Below are positions 11,504 to 24,300 of a stretch of DNA of 64,000 bases, in pieces (within the stretch, counting starts at the first letter, position 1; each line of letters starts with the position of its first letter). The position numbers and the translations under genes were made by a program. The DNA is from Nageia nagi (taxonomy: Eukaryota; Plantae; Pinophyta): contig JBITNC010000001.1 of the NCBI GenBank assembly GCA_050084985.1, positions 149,544,001 to 149,608,000 of the forward strand. The letters run 5' to 3'. The notes below the pieces were generated by a model, which saw only the letters and a program-made list of their open reading frames with translations, did no database searches and was not told where the DNA came from.

Positions 11504-14466
11504 ACAAGCTTGGGGATTTCATTTTCTCAAATTCAACACTTTCTCCACTTCCACTTTTGCACCAAAGTAGCAAGAAATAGTAGATTTTTGAGTATGAATC
11601 CTGTCACTATTCATACTAGGGCTTGCGCAAGCATTTGGGAAGCAAGATAGCTCAACGTGGGAGAACCCTCACCACTTAGAAACCTGCACACTTTTCTTGG
11701 GAGACCTTGTTGCAAGCTTGAATATCATGACATCTTCCAAGGGTAATCTAGCTTCAAACTTCGCTAGAGACCTTGAGAGGTTGAGATAGGATTGCGTCAT
11801 CACCATCTGTGGGAGGCAAGACCCCCTTCCCCAAGGGGCCAAATTCTCAAGGAACAGTCTTGCTACCATTGGAGACATAGATTGGCAAGATGTGGACCCT
11901 TTGCAAATGAGAGAGAAAATTCGGGGTTTGCCCACCATCGACCTCAAGCAAGACATTGTCTTCTTCTCCGAACTCTCCACATGCGCATTCATATCCTTCG
12001 TAGCTCCATTTCTAGAATTGTGCATGGAGGTCGGTCATCATTGGAAAAAGGGGGAGAGAATCCTTCGTGACATCAAAGGAAACATTATTTTGGACCTTAG
12101 CCCTGATGCCATCAAAACGGCGTTCCAGTGGACCTCAGAGGGAAATTTTGAATACATCAAGGCACAGTCACTGGCATGCTATCAAGAGATCAATAGGGCT
12201 TCCGTAGCAATCAAGAACTGGATGTTGGACGAGCATCATGGGCTCAAGGGGAACGCTCTCATAAATGCTCCTCGCTCCAATTTCTACCCTTCAGTTGAGT
12301 TGATGATCTTGATGTTGTCCAAAATTCTCGGGAAAGAAGATGCTTCAAAGTTCAAGAAATAATTCTTTGGCTTCATCATTGAGACTGCGAGAGGGAAGAG
12401 AATCATGTGGAGCAAGGTGTTGAGCGACACAATTACTGATTAGCTATCATCCATGGGCACCACTCGCAAATTCTACCTCAATTCATACTTGGTATATATG
12501 TTGCTTCACGGCAAGTACAAGCCCACGGCCAAAGGGGAAGTAGCATGGATCGAGAAATGGACCTTTGCCATTTGGAGATGCTACCCCAAATAGAAGTTTG
12601 AGAGGAGATGGGATAGTTTCACAATGAAAAACGATGGATGGGAGTAGCAGATCTACAAGGAGCTTAAAGGAGAAGTCACGGTGGTAAGGATCTCTAACTC
12701 AGCCTAGGATGCATTGAAGAAACATGGGGATTTCTTCCTCCATCACCAACATTATTCCTACATCAGAATTCATGGGTTGGCTATACAGCCGTACCAATTG
12801 CCAAGGTTCATGAGTAACAAATTGCTCCTTATGGAGATGATGAGGCAATTGGCCTTTTTACATGAATAGATATGGTAGAAGAAGTCGGCTACTTCAAACT
12901 TGCCGATCATAGTAGGTGAATACCATTGTAAGTCATGGGCGGATGTTGATACTATGAAGGAGTAGGTGAGATTTGATTTTAAGAAGATGCCTTTCGTCGA
13001 TCATTATGACCCCGACCATAGGATACATAAGTTCTTCATGAAGGAAAGGAAGAAACCATATGACCCAAACCACTTGAAGAAGAGGAAACTTTCCGAAATG
13101 TGAGTAACGAGGTAGAGATGAGAAAGATTCGTGAAAGGATGCACAAAAAGGCCCATGTTCAGCAGCACCTTGTTGAAGTCACCATCCACAAGAGATTGAT
13201 ACAACAGAAGGGAAGAAGACCTCAAGAGTCCACTTCTAAGGTCACCTAGTTTCCTCCCACAGTTGAAGCACCAGTTGGGAAGTATGCATCTTTGCGTGGT
13301 AAGAACTTAGTAGACCAAGTAGTACAACAAGTTCGGGACACCGTTGATGAGCATGATGTGAGAGAGTTGGAGCGTGTGGCCGTCAATAAGGTAGTAAGGT
13401 GTGTCAGGAATAGAGAAAAGGACCCATCCCCACCGACCAGACCACTTAGGAGAGTTGTTGCTAATCAATCGTCAGTTGTCCATCTGGGTCTTCGTCTTTT
13501 AGTCCCATGTACCAGCCTGATGAGAGTCAAGAAGGAGAGGTGGGAGGTTCAGATGAAAAGCATGAGGTGAATGTCGTGCAATAGGATAAGATCCCAAATG
13601 TGTAGCAAGAAGAGGAATCTTTGGAGATATTGAGGGTGGTTCAGAATCCTATAGCTTCAGAGTCGTCTATAGAGAAGGGTAAGAGACCAGCATTGGAGAC
13701 AATGCAAAAAAAGGGTGTAGTTGCAAAGGACTTCACAGTCACAAATCGTGGAGATTTTAGAAGAGTTGGGTGAAGAAGAAGAAAGACCTCCGAAGAGAGC
13801 TAAGAAGAATACCACTACCATTTAGGAGGCAATTGTAGAGAATTATCAGCCATCACCCATTGATGAGTGGGGCATGAATATGGAAGAGTGTCTATATGGA
13901 TGTCGGGGAGGAATTTCAGGAGAGAGGAAACAATGATCAGATTGGGGAAAGTTCCACTCGTCCAGGATGGACTTAGATGTATGTCCACTTGGCTAACAAT
14001 GCAATTCACATCAAGACCATAGTTGCTGATAAGGAAAATCCACAACATCCGAAAGACCTTAGATAGATCAACCAAATCATCAACACAGGTCCCATCGGTT
14101 TGGTTGGTCGGAAATATGCAATCATATCCAATGTCGAGGCAATTACCAAAGATGGAATGGTGAAGGAAAAGGAGATTAAGAGCCTCATGAAGGAGTTAGC
14201 TATGCAGAAGAAGTTGACTAGAGAACTAGAATCAGCTAAAGTGCCCACATAGGAGCTTCGAAAGATAAAACCACTCAAAGAGGGCATGATTGCAGTCAAG
14301 CAGGAAAAGATTGAAGAGGTCTTGGTAGTATTTCAGCAGTTTGTTGGCGCATTGAAGAAGGTAAAAGTTGAAGGACATCGTGGTGGAAAGAGCCAGCCTT
14401 CTCAGGGTTTTGGATTCTCGAAGGCCTATGATCATGAAGTTCGAGATGTCATAGGACTGAAGGCCC

Positions 14467-16997
14467 TATTGTGACTAAAGCACAACATGCCCCAAAATCT
14501 TGCAATTTTGGGGACCCTCAATATGTCATGTATATACTTCGTTTTGTCATCATCTTGTCTCACCCAAGTTGTGCCGCAAAGACCCAGATTCACGGACAAT
14601 CCCTCTTTGGTTGAAGCCTCATTCTTCATCTAGGGTTAGTTATACCAAGTTAGAAATTTTGAAATCCTCAAAAAGTTACTAAGTTTGAAAGTGTAAAGTC
14701 GACCTTAGGAGAACCAGGGAGTCTAGGAAGAGTCGGAGCTCGATCAACTCAAATTGGGCATCTCCAATGACTGGAGCATGATTCAAAAAGACAAAATCTT
14801 GTCTTTTGAAATCATGTGATTGGGCTTGGAGGCCATCCAAATTGGAAGAGAGACTCAAAGACGGAATTTGGGACACTTGCAAGCCCAACGCATGCCTTCA
14901 TGAGACAAAATCTTGCCTTTTTTGGGCATGTGCCAAGCACAGGAAGCAGGCTGGAACGAAATGGAGCACGAAAAATCCAAGGCAAAGGCATAAAAGGCTT
15001 GTGCATGGTTTCAAAAGACAAAATTTTATCTTTTTGAACCATGCGACTTGGCTAGGAGGAGGAACTGAGCAAGTTTGGAAGTCGGGGAGTGGACCTTAGG
15101 CACCTAGGAGGCTGGCACATGCCTCAAAAAGACAAAATCTTGTCTTTTTGAACCATGCGCCAAGCCTAGAAGGGCTTCCAATTCGAACAACAGGAAAAAA
15201 TTAGACAAGTCATGGACCCAAAAACCTCAAGATCAGCTCAAACATACCTAGGGGGGCTAGCGCATGATCTCAAAAGACAAATTCTTGACTTTTTGAGGCA
15301 TGCGCCAAGCTCGGGAAGCCTCTAGGATCCAGGAAAGACAAAAATTTGGCTTAGGCATGAACACTTAAGCACCAAATCACGAAAATTAGGCCATCTGGAG
15401 GTTGGCGCATGATTCAAAACATGTGACCAAGTTGGACTGGCAGGCAAGGTTGGTGCATGCCTTAAAAGGTCACAAACTTGACTTTTGGAACCATGCACCA
15501 ACCCTACAGGTTGCCCAAGTTGAGATGAAAGATCAAAATTTTCAAGTCCAATCGACAGGAAGACCAAAATCAGGAGAAATCAGGTTACTGGGTGAGTTTG
15601 GTGATCAAGAAAGGCAAGCAAACAAGCAAGAGACCCAACGTTGGGAGCATGCTCACCTCAAAGGCTGGCACATGATTTAAAAAGTCACCATTTTGTCTTG
15701 TTTTGTCATGGGCAAAGCTAGTTTGAGCTCCAAAACCCCAACGTCCAAGCATAGGTGGCTTTTCATGAATTTTTGGGCCGGCACACATCTTGAGGTCGGC
15801 CAATTTGAGCAGCAGGATGATTTCGAGGGACGCGTTGAGGCATTGGGCCCACCAATTGCCTAGCCACATTATTTGTTTTTATCATATTTCATAGTTATTT
15901 TGGCAAAACTTTATTTTAGTTGTTAATAAATTTCCCAAGTTTGTGATGGATGAGGATTTGCTCCCACAAACTTGGATGATATCTTGTAATGCCATGTGGC
16001 ATATTTCTGTTGGACCATACTTTATTTCTTGGAAATTGCAATTAGGGTTAGGGCAACACTTTGAGTTGCCACAAAACATATATATAACCCATTTGGGCTC
16101 ATTTGTAGAGGGGCGATTAGACATTTTTGCACTTGTGAGAAACTTAATACTATTGCCAATTAAGCAAGTTTGCTCCATTTGCGAAAGTGGTGTAATTTCA
16201 AGTAATTGAATGGTGAATGATTTCATTGGATGGAATTATGAATGTTATTTGTGCACCTTGAGTGGATGAATGCTATTGCTATCTTGTCTTATTTGAGTTG
16301 CTTGGATCATCTCATAAACCTTGTTGAGGTGGATGCGAGAGTAGTTGAATATCTCTTGAAGTGATTTGGATAAAACACGATTTGTGATATGTTCATGGTT
16401 TGCATAATTAGACCTATGCATTTTGTGATTGCTCTATCTCTTATGACACTTAGCTTAGGAACTTCACTCCACAATTGAAGATCTACTCACGACCTACCTT
16501 TTTCCACCTTTGCCATTGCTTTAGGCTCCTCTTACTAGTCCATTCGTGTTGTTGGCTAGTAAAGTGGATACGAAGTGCGTGGAACCTAAATCAAGTCCAA
16601 GAGAAGTCGATCCCAATCCTATGCACACGGTGAAACCATATACACCTGTGCTCGACTCATGCACCAAGGTCTAATATACCCTTTTCCTTTTATTTTTCAT
16701 TTTTTTTGCGCGGCTTTCGCAACCCACCTTTTCATTTTGTTTGAGAAACAATCACTTCCTGGAGATAGGGACCCTTCGAGTCCTTGATTAACAAATGATA
16801 TTTGAGTTGGGAACAACTTCAAACATCTCAACTAGTATTCTGAGCAACCTCTTGCACATCCATCATGAAACCTTTGAGGTTACAAGTCCTCATAGTGGGT
16901 AGGGGTCATGCCCTATCACCTAGATGTTGGTGTCTTCCCATAAGCCTTGCAAGCTTATTTTCCCATCAGCAAGGTAGGAAAGAAAAAGCCCCCAATA
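14467..16997 (+). mobile_element. 2.5-kb ORF-less derivative of the same solo LTR, inserted into the ORF of its relative
   Basis: TSD GGCCC (14462-14466) / GGCCT (16998-17002). 14467-15810 matches 10074-11430 and 15815-16997 matches 17405-18594. Confidence 0.88.
14776..15712. repeat. Second copy of the eight-palindrome array
   Basis: Cores at 14776, 14890, 15003, 15117, 15262, 15407 (centre deleted), 15455 and 15670. Confidence 0.88.
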
Positions 16998-18892
16998 GGC
17001 CTGAAGATGTGAAGTTTTGTGAAGAGTACTAGTTCTACTTGGGTGTCGTCAATCAGGTAGCCACACATTTCCAGGAGGTGAAGAAGGAGGTCGAAAAACT
17101 CAATGACAAGGCTAACACCAGCCTCGAGCAGATGGAGTTCCAGGTCAAGTTCATTGATGACGATGCCACCATTAGGGATGAAGATCTGGTAGTTGTGGAA
17201 GTGAGACACTTTTTGTACAACTTGATCATGATTGACGACGTCAACACTTTCCAAACAAGGAGCCATTTGAAGCACTTGCTTAAAGCTCGCACTTGGAGGG
17301 ACGATATGCAGAGGATGGTGCACAAGATCGAACATTGCATCACTAGGAACAGGTCGAAGCTATCAGAGATGTTGCACGGGTTAGAACTCACAACAAAGTT
17401 CCTAGATGAAGATTTCGAGGGACGTGTTGAGGTGTTGGGTTCACAGGTGCGCCATAGTCACAATTTTCATAGTTTTATTTTATTTTCAAGAAAATGCAAT
17501 TATTTTACGAAATACTTTACTATATTTGTTAATTAATTCCCAAGTTTGTGATGGATGAGGATTTGCTCCCACAAACTTGGAGGACATCTTTTAATGCCAT
17601 GTGGCAATGTTTGATTGGATCACTTATTATTTCTTGGAATTCGTAATTAGGGTTAGGGCAACATTTAGGATTGCCGTAAAAACTATTTATAGCCCATTTG
17701 GGCTCATTTATTAGGGGATTAGGCATTTTTGCACTTGTGAGAGAACTTGAATTTTACTTCCAATCAAACAAGTTTCCTCTATTTGCTAATGTGGTATTTT
17801 TCCAAGCAATTGAATGGTGAATGCATCTCATTGATGGAATCATGCATGTGTATTGAATGCCATTGCCATCTTGCATTGTTCATGTTACGTGGTTCATTTC
17901 ATAAACCTTGTGCCAAGGTGGATGAAAGAATTTGTTGAAAATTATTTGAAGTAATCTTTGAATGAAACTTGATGAGCAATAATTCATGGTTTGCATAATA
18001 GACTTGTGTTGCCTGGGGTGACTCCTTTAATGCCGTATAACGCAAGAACTTCACTTTGTTGTTGACGGTCTACCTATGATCTACCCCACTATCATCCTTG
18101 CTTACAGCTTTATGCTCTTTTCACTAGTTCATTTGTGTGGTTGTCTCATGACAAAGATAGAGAGTGCGTGGAACTTGTATGAAGCCCGAGAGTAGTAGAC
18201 CCCATTCTTTACATTAGTCGGTGAGATCATATGCACATGCATCCCACTCATATACCACCATCTAATCAACCCTTTTCTTTTATTTTTCATTTTTTTTTTG
18301 CGGCTTTCGCACCCTCTTTTCCTTTTTCCTTTTTTTTTGAGAAACAACGAATTTCTAGGACAAGGACCCTTCGAGTCCTTGATTAACAAATCTTATTTGA
18401 GTTGGTAGCAACTTTAAATATCTATGCCAGATCACCTGAGTGACCTCTTGCACATCCCACTATTGAACCTTTGAGGTCAACAATCCTCATAGCGGGTAGG
18501 GGTCACGCCCTTTCACTCAGGTGTTGGTGTCTTTCCTCAAGCCTTGTAGTTTTATCTACTTATCAACAAGGCAAGAAAGAAAAAGTCCCCAACAATATTG
18601 TTGGTTTATTAATATATGTACAATTGTTCAATTATTAGATGTATTGTTGTTCTATTAATAGATGCACTATTAATAGGTGTACAATTTTTCTATTATTAGA
18701 CATGTTATAAATAAACGTTTTATTAATAGACACTATCGTTAGATAAGCTAATTTATTTTCTATAAAGAGGAAATGACCCCTTGAAGTTGATAGAGGATCA
18801 TAAAAGTATAATGGTCGTTGATATTAATAAAATATCGAAGTTGCTTTTTTCCCTGTGGCATTTTCCTTGCATACAGTAAGGTTTTCCATGTT

Positions 18893-20799
18893 TTTTTTTT
18901 ATATATATCAATAATCAAAACAAGGGTTTTAGAAGGACTCCATATCTTTACAACTTAGAGAATTTCAACACTGCTTCCACAAAATAATTCGGATCAATCC
19001 ATATACGACAAAAAGATCCATCAGGCATCTCCAAGAAACCCCAAGCTACATCAACCAACACATAGTGCGAAACACACATTAAACACAAAATAAGATACAA
19101 TAACCAACACCTAGTATGAGACACACAACACACACAAAGCAAAAGACAATCTCCAAGAGAACCTAGGGAATCAACTTCCCCTTGCCCTTCACACTACCCA
19201 TGGATAGGCTTTTGGGACCTTTGCCTTTCCTTTTCTACTGTTTGGAGTCTAGAGAATCTCCATCGATTGTCACCCCTAGTGATCCTCCACCCATGCATTG
19301 TACGCCTGTTTAGTGTAGAAGAGTGCAACCTTAGTAGACTTGATCCAGGTGTACAACAATTCCTTGTAATTCTTTGCGTCCTTAGGAGCCTCTCAGGGAG
19401 AGTAGCTCATCACCCGCAACGACTTCACACTTGAGGGTTCTCCAATTGTGAGACCCTTTTTTTGCTTTGTTGGTGGGTGAAGGTCTTCCTATGATACCTC
19501 CTCCACCTTCAGGTTCTCCTTGTCTCCGAACTCCTCAATCACCTTACGTGCCACCCTAGAGGCTATGTTGCTACACCTTGCGAAAACACTTTGCACCATT
19601 GACTTGTTATCTTGAAAGGCTTCTCCTTAGCGGGGAGAAAGTCCTCATCATTCATCGCATTCGGATCCTCCTCCTCCACTTCTTCTGGTTCGCTGCCATC
19701 CAAATCTTCATAATTAATTTGAAGCTAGGGCCTTCTCACCATTCTTGGGTGTTCCATAGCCACCTGATTGAATAAAGCACACATAAGGCCTTGGTGCCAA
19801 TTTCCTCTTTTTCATTTGAACAATGGATCTTTGCAAGGAGCAAAACAAATATAAGGGAATGTTCACCTGCTTATTACGTCTAAACACATTATGAAAGGCA
19901 AACTGGAAATTGTGGAGAATGGACACATGATTGTCCAACGTAAGGTATTGCATTATCACTATTGTTACTCCTTTCCACTTTGGTGGGATTGACTCCCTAT
20001 TGATGCCTCCTTGCATTCGTTGGATTTTGTTGCTTTTGCCCTTAAATAGCAGCAATTCAATAGCCAATGAGTTCGTCTTGCACAACAACTTCTCATCTTG
20101 CAAAGGAAAGCCCATAAGCTTGGCAATCAACTCAACATTGATGGTGAAACATATACTTTTGCCTCAACGACACCCTCATCCCAAGACTTGGCCAGCACCA
20201 ATGGCAGAGCCTCATCAGGTTTTTGGAACATATCCAAAAATGGCAACCACCCAACCTTTTCCAATAACATCCTTGTCCCTTCATGAACTTGTAAAGCAGC
20301 CGACTCTAAACAATATGAAACATCTGCCATGATTCTTATTCTCAAGGAGTACAAATGATTTGCATGACAAATTAAAGAATCACAATAGTGATATTATAGC
20401 CTCCATAATACTATCTCCAGAAGCATCCATGAAATCTCCACAATAACTCCATAATCACCCTTCACACGAGATTCAACTACCCCAACTTGTTGAACTCAGT
20501 GCCAAGGGTGCAAGGAGTCTAATCAACAATTTTCGAGTAACACCACTGAGCACAGCTCATCCTTCTCACATGCCTTGGTACCATCTCATGCACCTCGTAA
20601 TCAAAAGAACATCATGCATGGCATCTCATCAACTCAAACCATGCAGCACTTAAAAACATACTATCATCACATGACTCCTCGTCACTCCTAGCTGACTCAA
20701 CATCACAACCTTTTCCTCCTCGTCGTCCAAAGATCAACTCGTGTAACTGCCAAGACTGAGGGACCTCCATTTGCAAATGAATCACCCCCCATTGCCCCA
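18893..20799 (-). mobile_element. 1.9-kb poly(A) retroposon (LINE-mobilised) with a decayed non-RT ORF
   Basis: 16-bp TSD TAAGGTTTTCCATGTT at 18877-18892 and 20800-20815. Poly(T) at left end. Minus-strand ORF from ATG 20330 (LLEKVGWLPFLDMFQ..QGGINRESIPPKWKGVTIVIMQYLTLD..VNIPLYLFCSL). Confidence 0.88.
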
Positions 20800-21372
20800 T
20801 AAGGTTTTCCATGTTAAACTATGTGTTATTTCTGGTAAATATTTCTGCTATTTTTTGCTACAATTTGCTTATCGAGTTCTAACAATAATCTTCTTGGAGG
20901 AATCAAAACTACAAGTAGCAAACTTAGCATAAACTAAGTATAAAATCTGGAAGAATGTAGGTTTGGTGATTTTGGCAATAAATGGATGGTCAAGAGGGAT
21001 TGAAAACTGAACATGTATGTTGCAATCAACATAATGGCCATGCTTCAACCAATGGTGTTGCACTCAAACCTATAGAGGAGGAAGCTACAAAGGGTCTCTT
21101 AGGACTAAAGAAAGTGAATTAGATGTAATAATGTTTGTTTCTGGCTCAAATTTTGTAACCAACACTATATGACACTATTTTTTGTAAATGGGTTTTAGGA
21201 GTCAATATAAAAAACCTCATTTTTACTGTTATCAAAAAACCTTTGGGAAAAAAATATGTTGGGATTGGGAATATATTGCCAATTAATTGGAAATAAATTG
21301 GCGTTTTGATAATATACAAAAGTAGGAAACATTGTTAAAGTAAATTATTACTAGAATTTCAATTATATATAT

Positions 21373-24300
21373 CATAGTTGGAAAACTTAGAGTCAGAGAG
21401 TACTTGGCAAGGCAAGTTTTGGAGAGTACTTGGTGACTTAGAGATTACTTGATAAAAAATACCCAAATATTTTATGAAAAAAATAAAATACTATGTAAAT
21501 ACAAAATTAGTGAGTATATTGGATTTCAATGAAACAAGTACATTTATAATTCATAGTTTATGAACATAAAAACTACAACCATCTAAACTAGAAAATATTT
21601 ATAATTTCTAAAGTAATTCCTTCTTTCCTTTCAATTGTATATACGTCTGTGGCCTCACACTAGATGATGGGTGTGAAAGTAGCAAATCCTTAGCGGGATC
21701 CTCAGGTATGTTCTCTAGCTCCATACCACTTGCAGCTATTTGCAGAGGATGCACATTCTATCACTTCCCTAACAAACCTCTCGATATCCTCCATAGTGAG
21801 TAGAGGTTCTCCATTTGTAGCAACCCAATCTGCTAGTCGATCCATCCCATCAAAGTCAATGGCATTGTGTGACTTTGTGCCCTCCACTTGTACAAGTTGA
21901 AGGCGAAAATTGTATTGGACAAATACAAGGTCATTGAGACATTGTTAGATCAACCTGTTGCATTTCTTGGAGTGAATACTCTCAAATAATGACCAACTGC
22001 ACTCACACCTAGAAGTGCTTCAAGGTTGACTCAATATCCACATTGCTAGCCTTTGAAGATTCGATGATTGAGTACCTTTGTCTTCCCACCATAAATCTAG
22101 AAAAAAGAAATGACATTATAAAAATTCAATCTAGATTCTACGTTATGTAAATTCTAAAAAGATCCTACTTTTATTGAATTTTAAAGTGTTACTTGGCGGC
22201 AAGGTTGTCCTTGACTTTTTGCAAAGCATTGAAGAAAAAACCCTCCCCTAGGTTTGCAACTCATTAAACATTAGGTCTTTGATGTGATCCTCATGGATCA
22301 TTCTCTCTTTGCTAGTAGAAATGCCATCCATAACCTCCTCATCGGGCTCAAAGTCATAGTAGTAGAAAACTTGGGTTCAAGTAGGACCCTACTGCATGTA
22401 AAGGTTGATGGATTTGTTGGGTCCATCTCCTATTAATGATATGCCAAATGGGATTCAACCTGTGCCTTTCTTTGTGATAAAAATGTTGGATAACCATGTT
22501 CAACCTATCCATGGCCTCATAGAGATAGCTCATTGGCATTAGATCATTGTCTACAAGGTGAAGAACCTTGACCAAAGATTTTGTTATAAAAAGAAAGAAA
22601 TTTAGATTTACAAATTTAAATTTAGGAATACAAAAATAGAAACTAAAATTTGAAAAAACATAAAAGGACACATTTAATTTATCTTCATGATGTCATGAAT
22701 GCCCTTCTAGAAAAGGTTGTCGATTTATCTTCTTAAGAGGAACTTTTGCATTTGCAAGTCTCTTTAATGCAATAAAATTAGAGGCAAATTGAGTGATACT
22801 TGGATGAATAATCTTCTTGCCTTTTGTGTGCTCTCTCATCAAACAAATCACCCAAGTGTGGTTGTAGATGAGGTCAATACAATGTGCTGTACATGGCTCC
22901 AAAAATAGTGGGGTAATTGTCATAGTTGATTAATTATCCGAATATTTGTGAATTTGCCAAAGATTCGTGAATTTACAGGGCCCCCAAATTTTACTGAATT
23001 TTAAAAATTCTTGCCTTATATAGTATTTTTGGTGTTTTTTATCCGAATTTGTTATACTTTTCCTGAATATTCCCTGAATTTTAAAATTTGGTCCCTAGCT
23101 GAATTTTTCTCGAATCCAAATTAACCATGGTAATTGTCCTCAAGAAGACTCCTTGCAGCTATGTATGTTGTAGCATTATTTGTCATTACTTGAACAACAT
23201 TTTGCACACCCACTTTTAGCACCACCTCATCCAACAATTCAAAAAGTAGCTGGGCATTTTTCACCTCTTGGGAGGCGTCAATGGAATTCAAGAAAATCAT
23301 TGATCTTCTTGAAGCCAACATGAAGTTGATGACTGTGCGGTTTCTTGCATTTGTCCACCCATCAGATAGAATGTTGTACCCATTTTTGCATCATACTTTC
23401 TTTTGCTCCTCTAATATGGCACATGTATTTGTAACTACTTCCTCAAGAAAAGGACCTCTAAAATCCTTTGTGGTGAGGGGATTCATCCCTCTCCTAATTG
23501 TAGTGAAAGTTGTCACCATGCCTCCTTGTAAGGACTATTTGCAACATTAAGAGGAATGTTATAATAATACTAAAAGTTTGCAGCTGTTTTTTGGGCTGCA
23601 TTGATCTTCTCTTTCCTCCATGTTGTAATGTCAAGGGAAGGTACTACCCCCCCAAAAGGAATAAAGAAACCCTCCAATAGATTTTGCCTTTCTATACTTG
23701 CACTATCAAGTGTCAATTGCTAAAGATCGAATGTGTGGGCCGAAGATAAACTCTAATGTTGATGCTGATTCACAAACCGTGCAATCAACAAAGCCCAAGT
23801 TCCCTTGAAGCTTTCCTCAACTACAATCTTAGATTTGTTTTTCCTTTCTAACTTTTCTTATGATTTTGAAGCAAGTAATACTTGAATCTTGTGAGTGATC
23901 TCCAAAGGCATGATATTACAAAGCCCTACATCTCAACTAGGTGTCCTTGAAAGATGGTATTCAAATCTATTGATACCACCCCTCTAACCTTTTTTGCAAT
24001 AATTGTAAATAACTTGGTTTGGAATATCGCTTTTCTTCCCATGCCTCTAAGCAAGATCTTTCCCTCTCGGTGCACTTGAATGGTCCTCATCTATAGATGC
24101 CAATTTTGCAAAGTGAAAAAAAAATCCATTTGAAGAATAGAAAAACTAACCTTAATTAAAAAGTCCTAACCCTAATTTTTTAACAAATTTTCAAAGTACG
24201 AAAAAACAAACAATACCCATTTGAGGAATGGGCATTGCCATAAACAAACAATGAAAAAAAAAATTGGTTCAAAGAAAAAACAAAACCCTATCTCTTCAAA

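Larger units (their letters stand above)
11594..17450 (+). pseudogene. Decayed retroelement accessory ORF (~1100 codons) of unknown function, interrupted at 14467-16997
   Basis: One frame from ~11890 to ~13000 is broken only by point stops, mostly TAG (WSKVLSDTITD*LSSMGTTRKFYLNSYLVYML; HGDFFL..YSYIRIHG..PYQLPRF..LLMEMMRQL). Then a charged low-complexity region and a coiled-coil-like region that reads on across the insertion into the 17039 ORF. Confidence 0.75.
10074..18594 (+). mobile_element. ~6-kb solo LTR-like element (TG...CA) carrying a long accessory ORF and no gag/pol
   Basis: Starts TGTCGTGAC, ends CCCCAACA. TSD GTATT/ATATT. Host copia LTR sequence resumes across it. TATAAAT at 11497. 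Confidence 0.85.
6870..20884 (+). mobile_element. Ty1/copia (Tork/Tnt1-like) LTR retrotransposon, internally deleted and decayed, 3' LTR split by two insertions
   Basis: TSD ATAAT at 6865-6869 and 20885-20889. 5' LTR 6870-7445, degenerate PBS. gag KFKIEKFDGNNFALW, protease (N)SGASFHM, RT YVDEM/MKDLG. PPT 9963-9973. 3' LTR pieces 9974-10073, 18595-18892, 20800-20884. Confidence 0.92.
5230..21240 (+). mobile_element. Degenerate, internally deleted L1 LINE (ORF1 plus start of ORF2 endonuclease), split by the copia insertion
   Basis: DUF4283-like ORF1 (GPWFFNKCGLFLDRWHPGFNP..APVWVNLPALPYELW) at 5840-6060. ORF2 start MKIL.*SVIG at 6814. HDPNI|IFLEESK continues in frame across 6869/20890. A-rich tail near 21205-21240. 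Outer ends approximate. Confidence 0.75.

Noticed and set aside
10074-16997. Ordinary two-LTR element with LTRs starting at 10074 and 14467
   Set aside because: No PBS or PPT. The second copy has its own TSD and the ORF continues past it, so it is a nested insertion.
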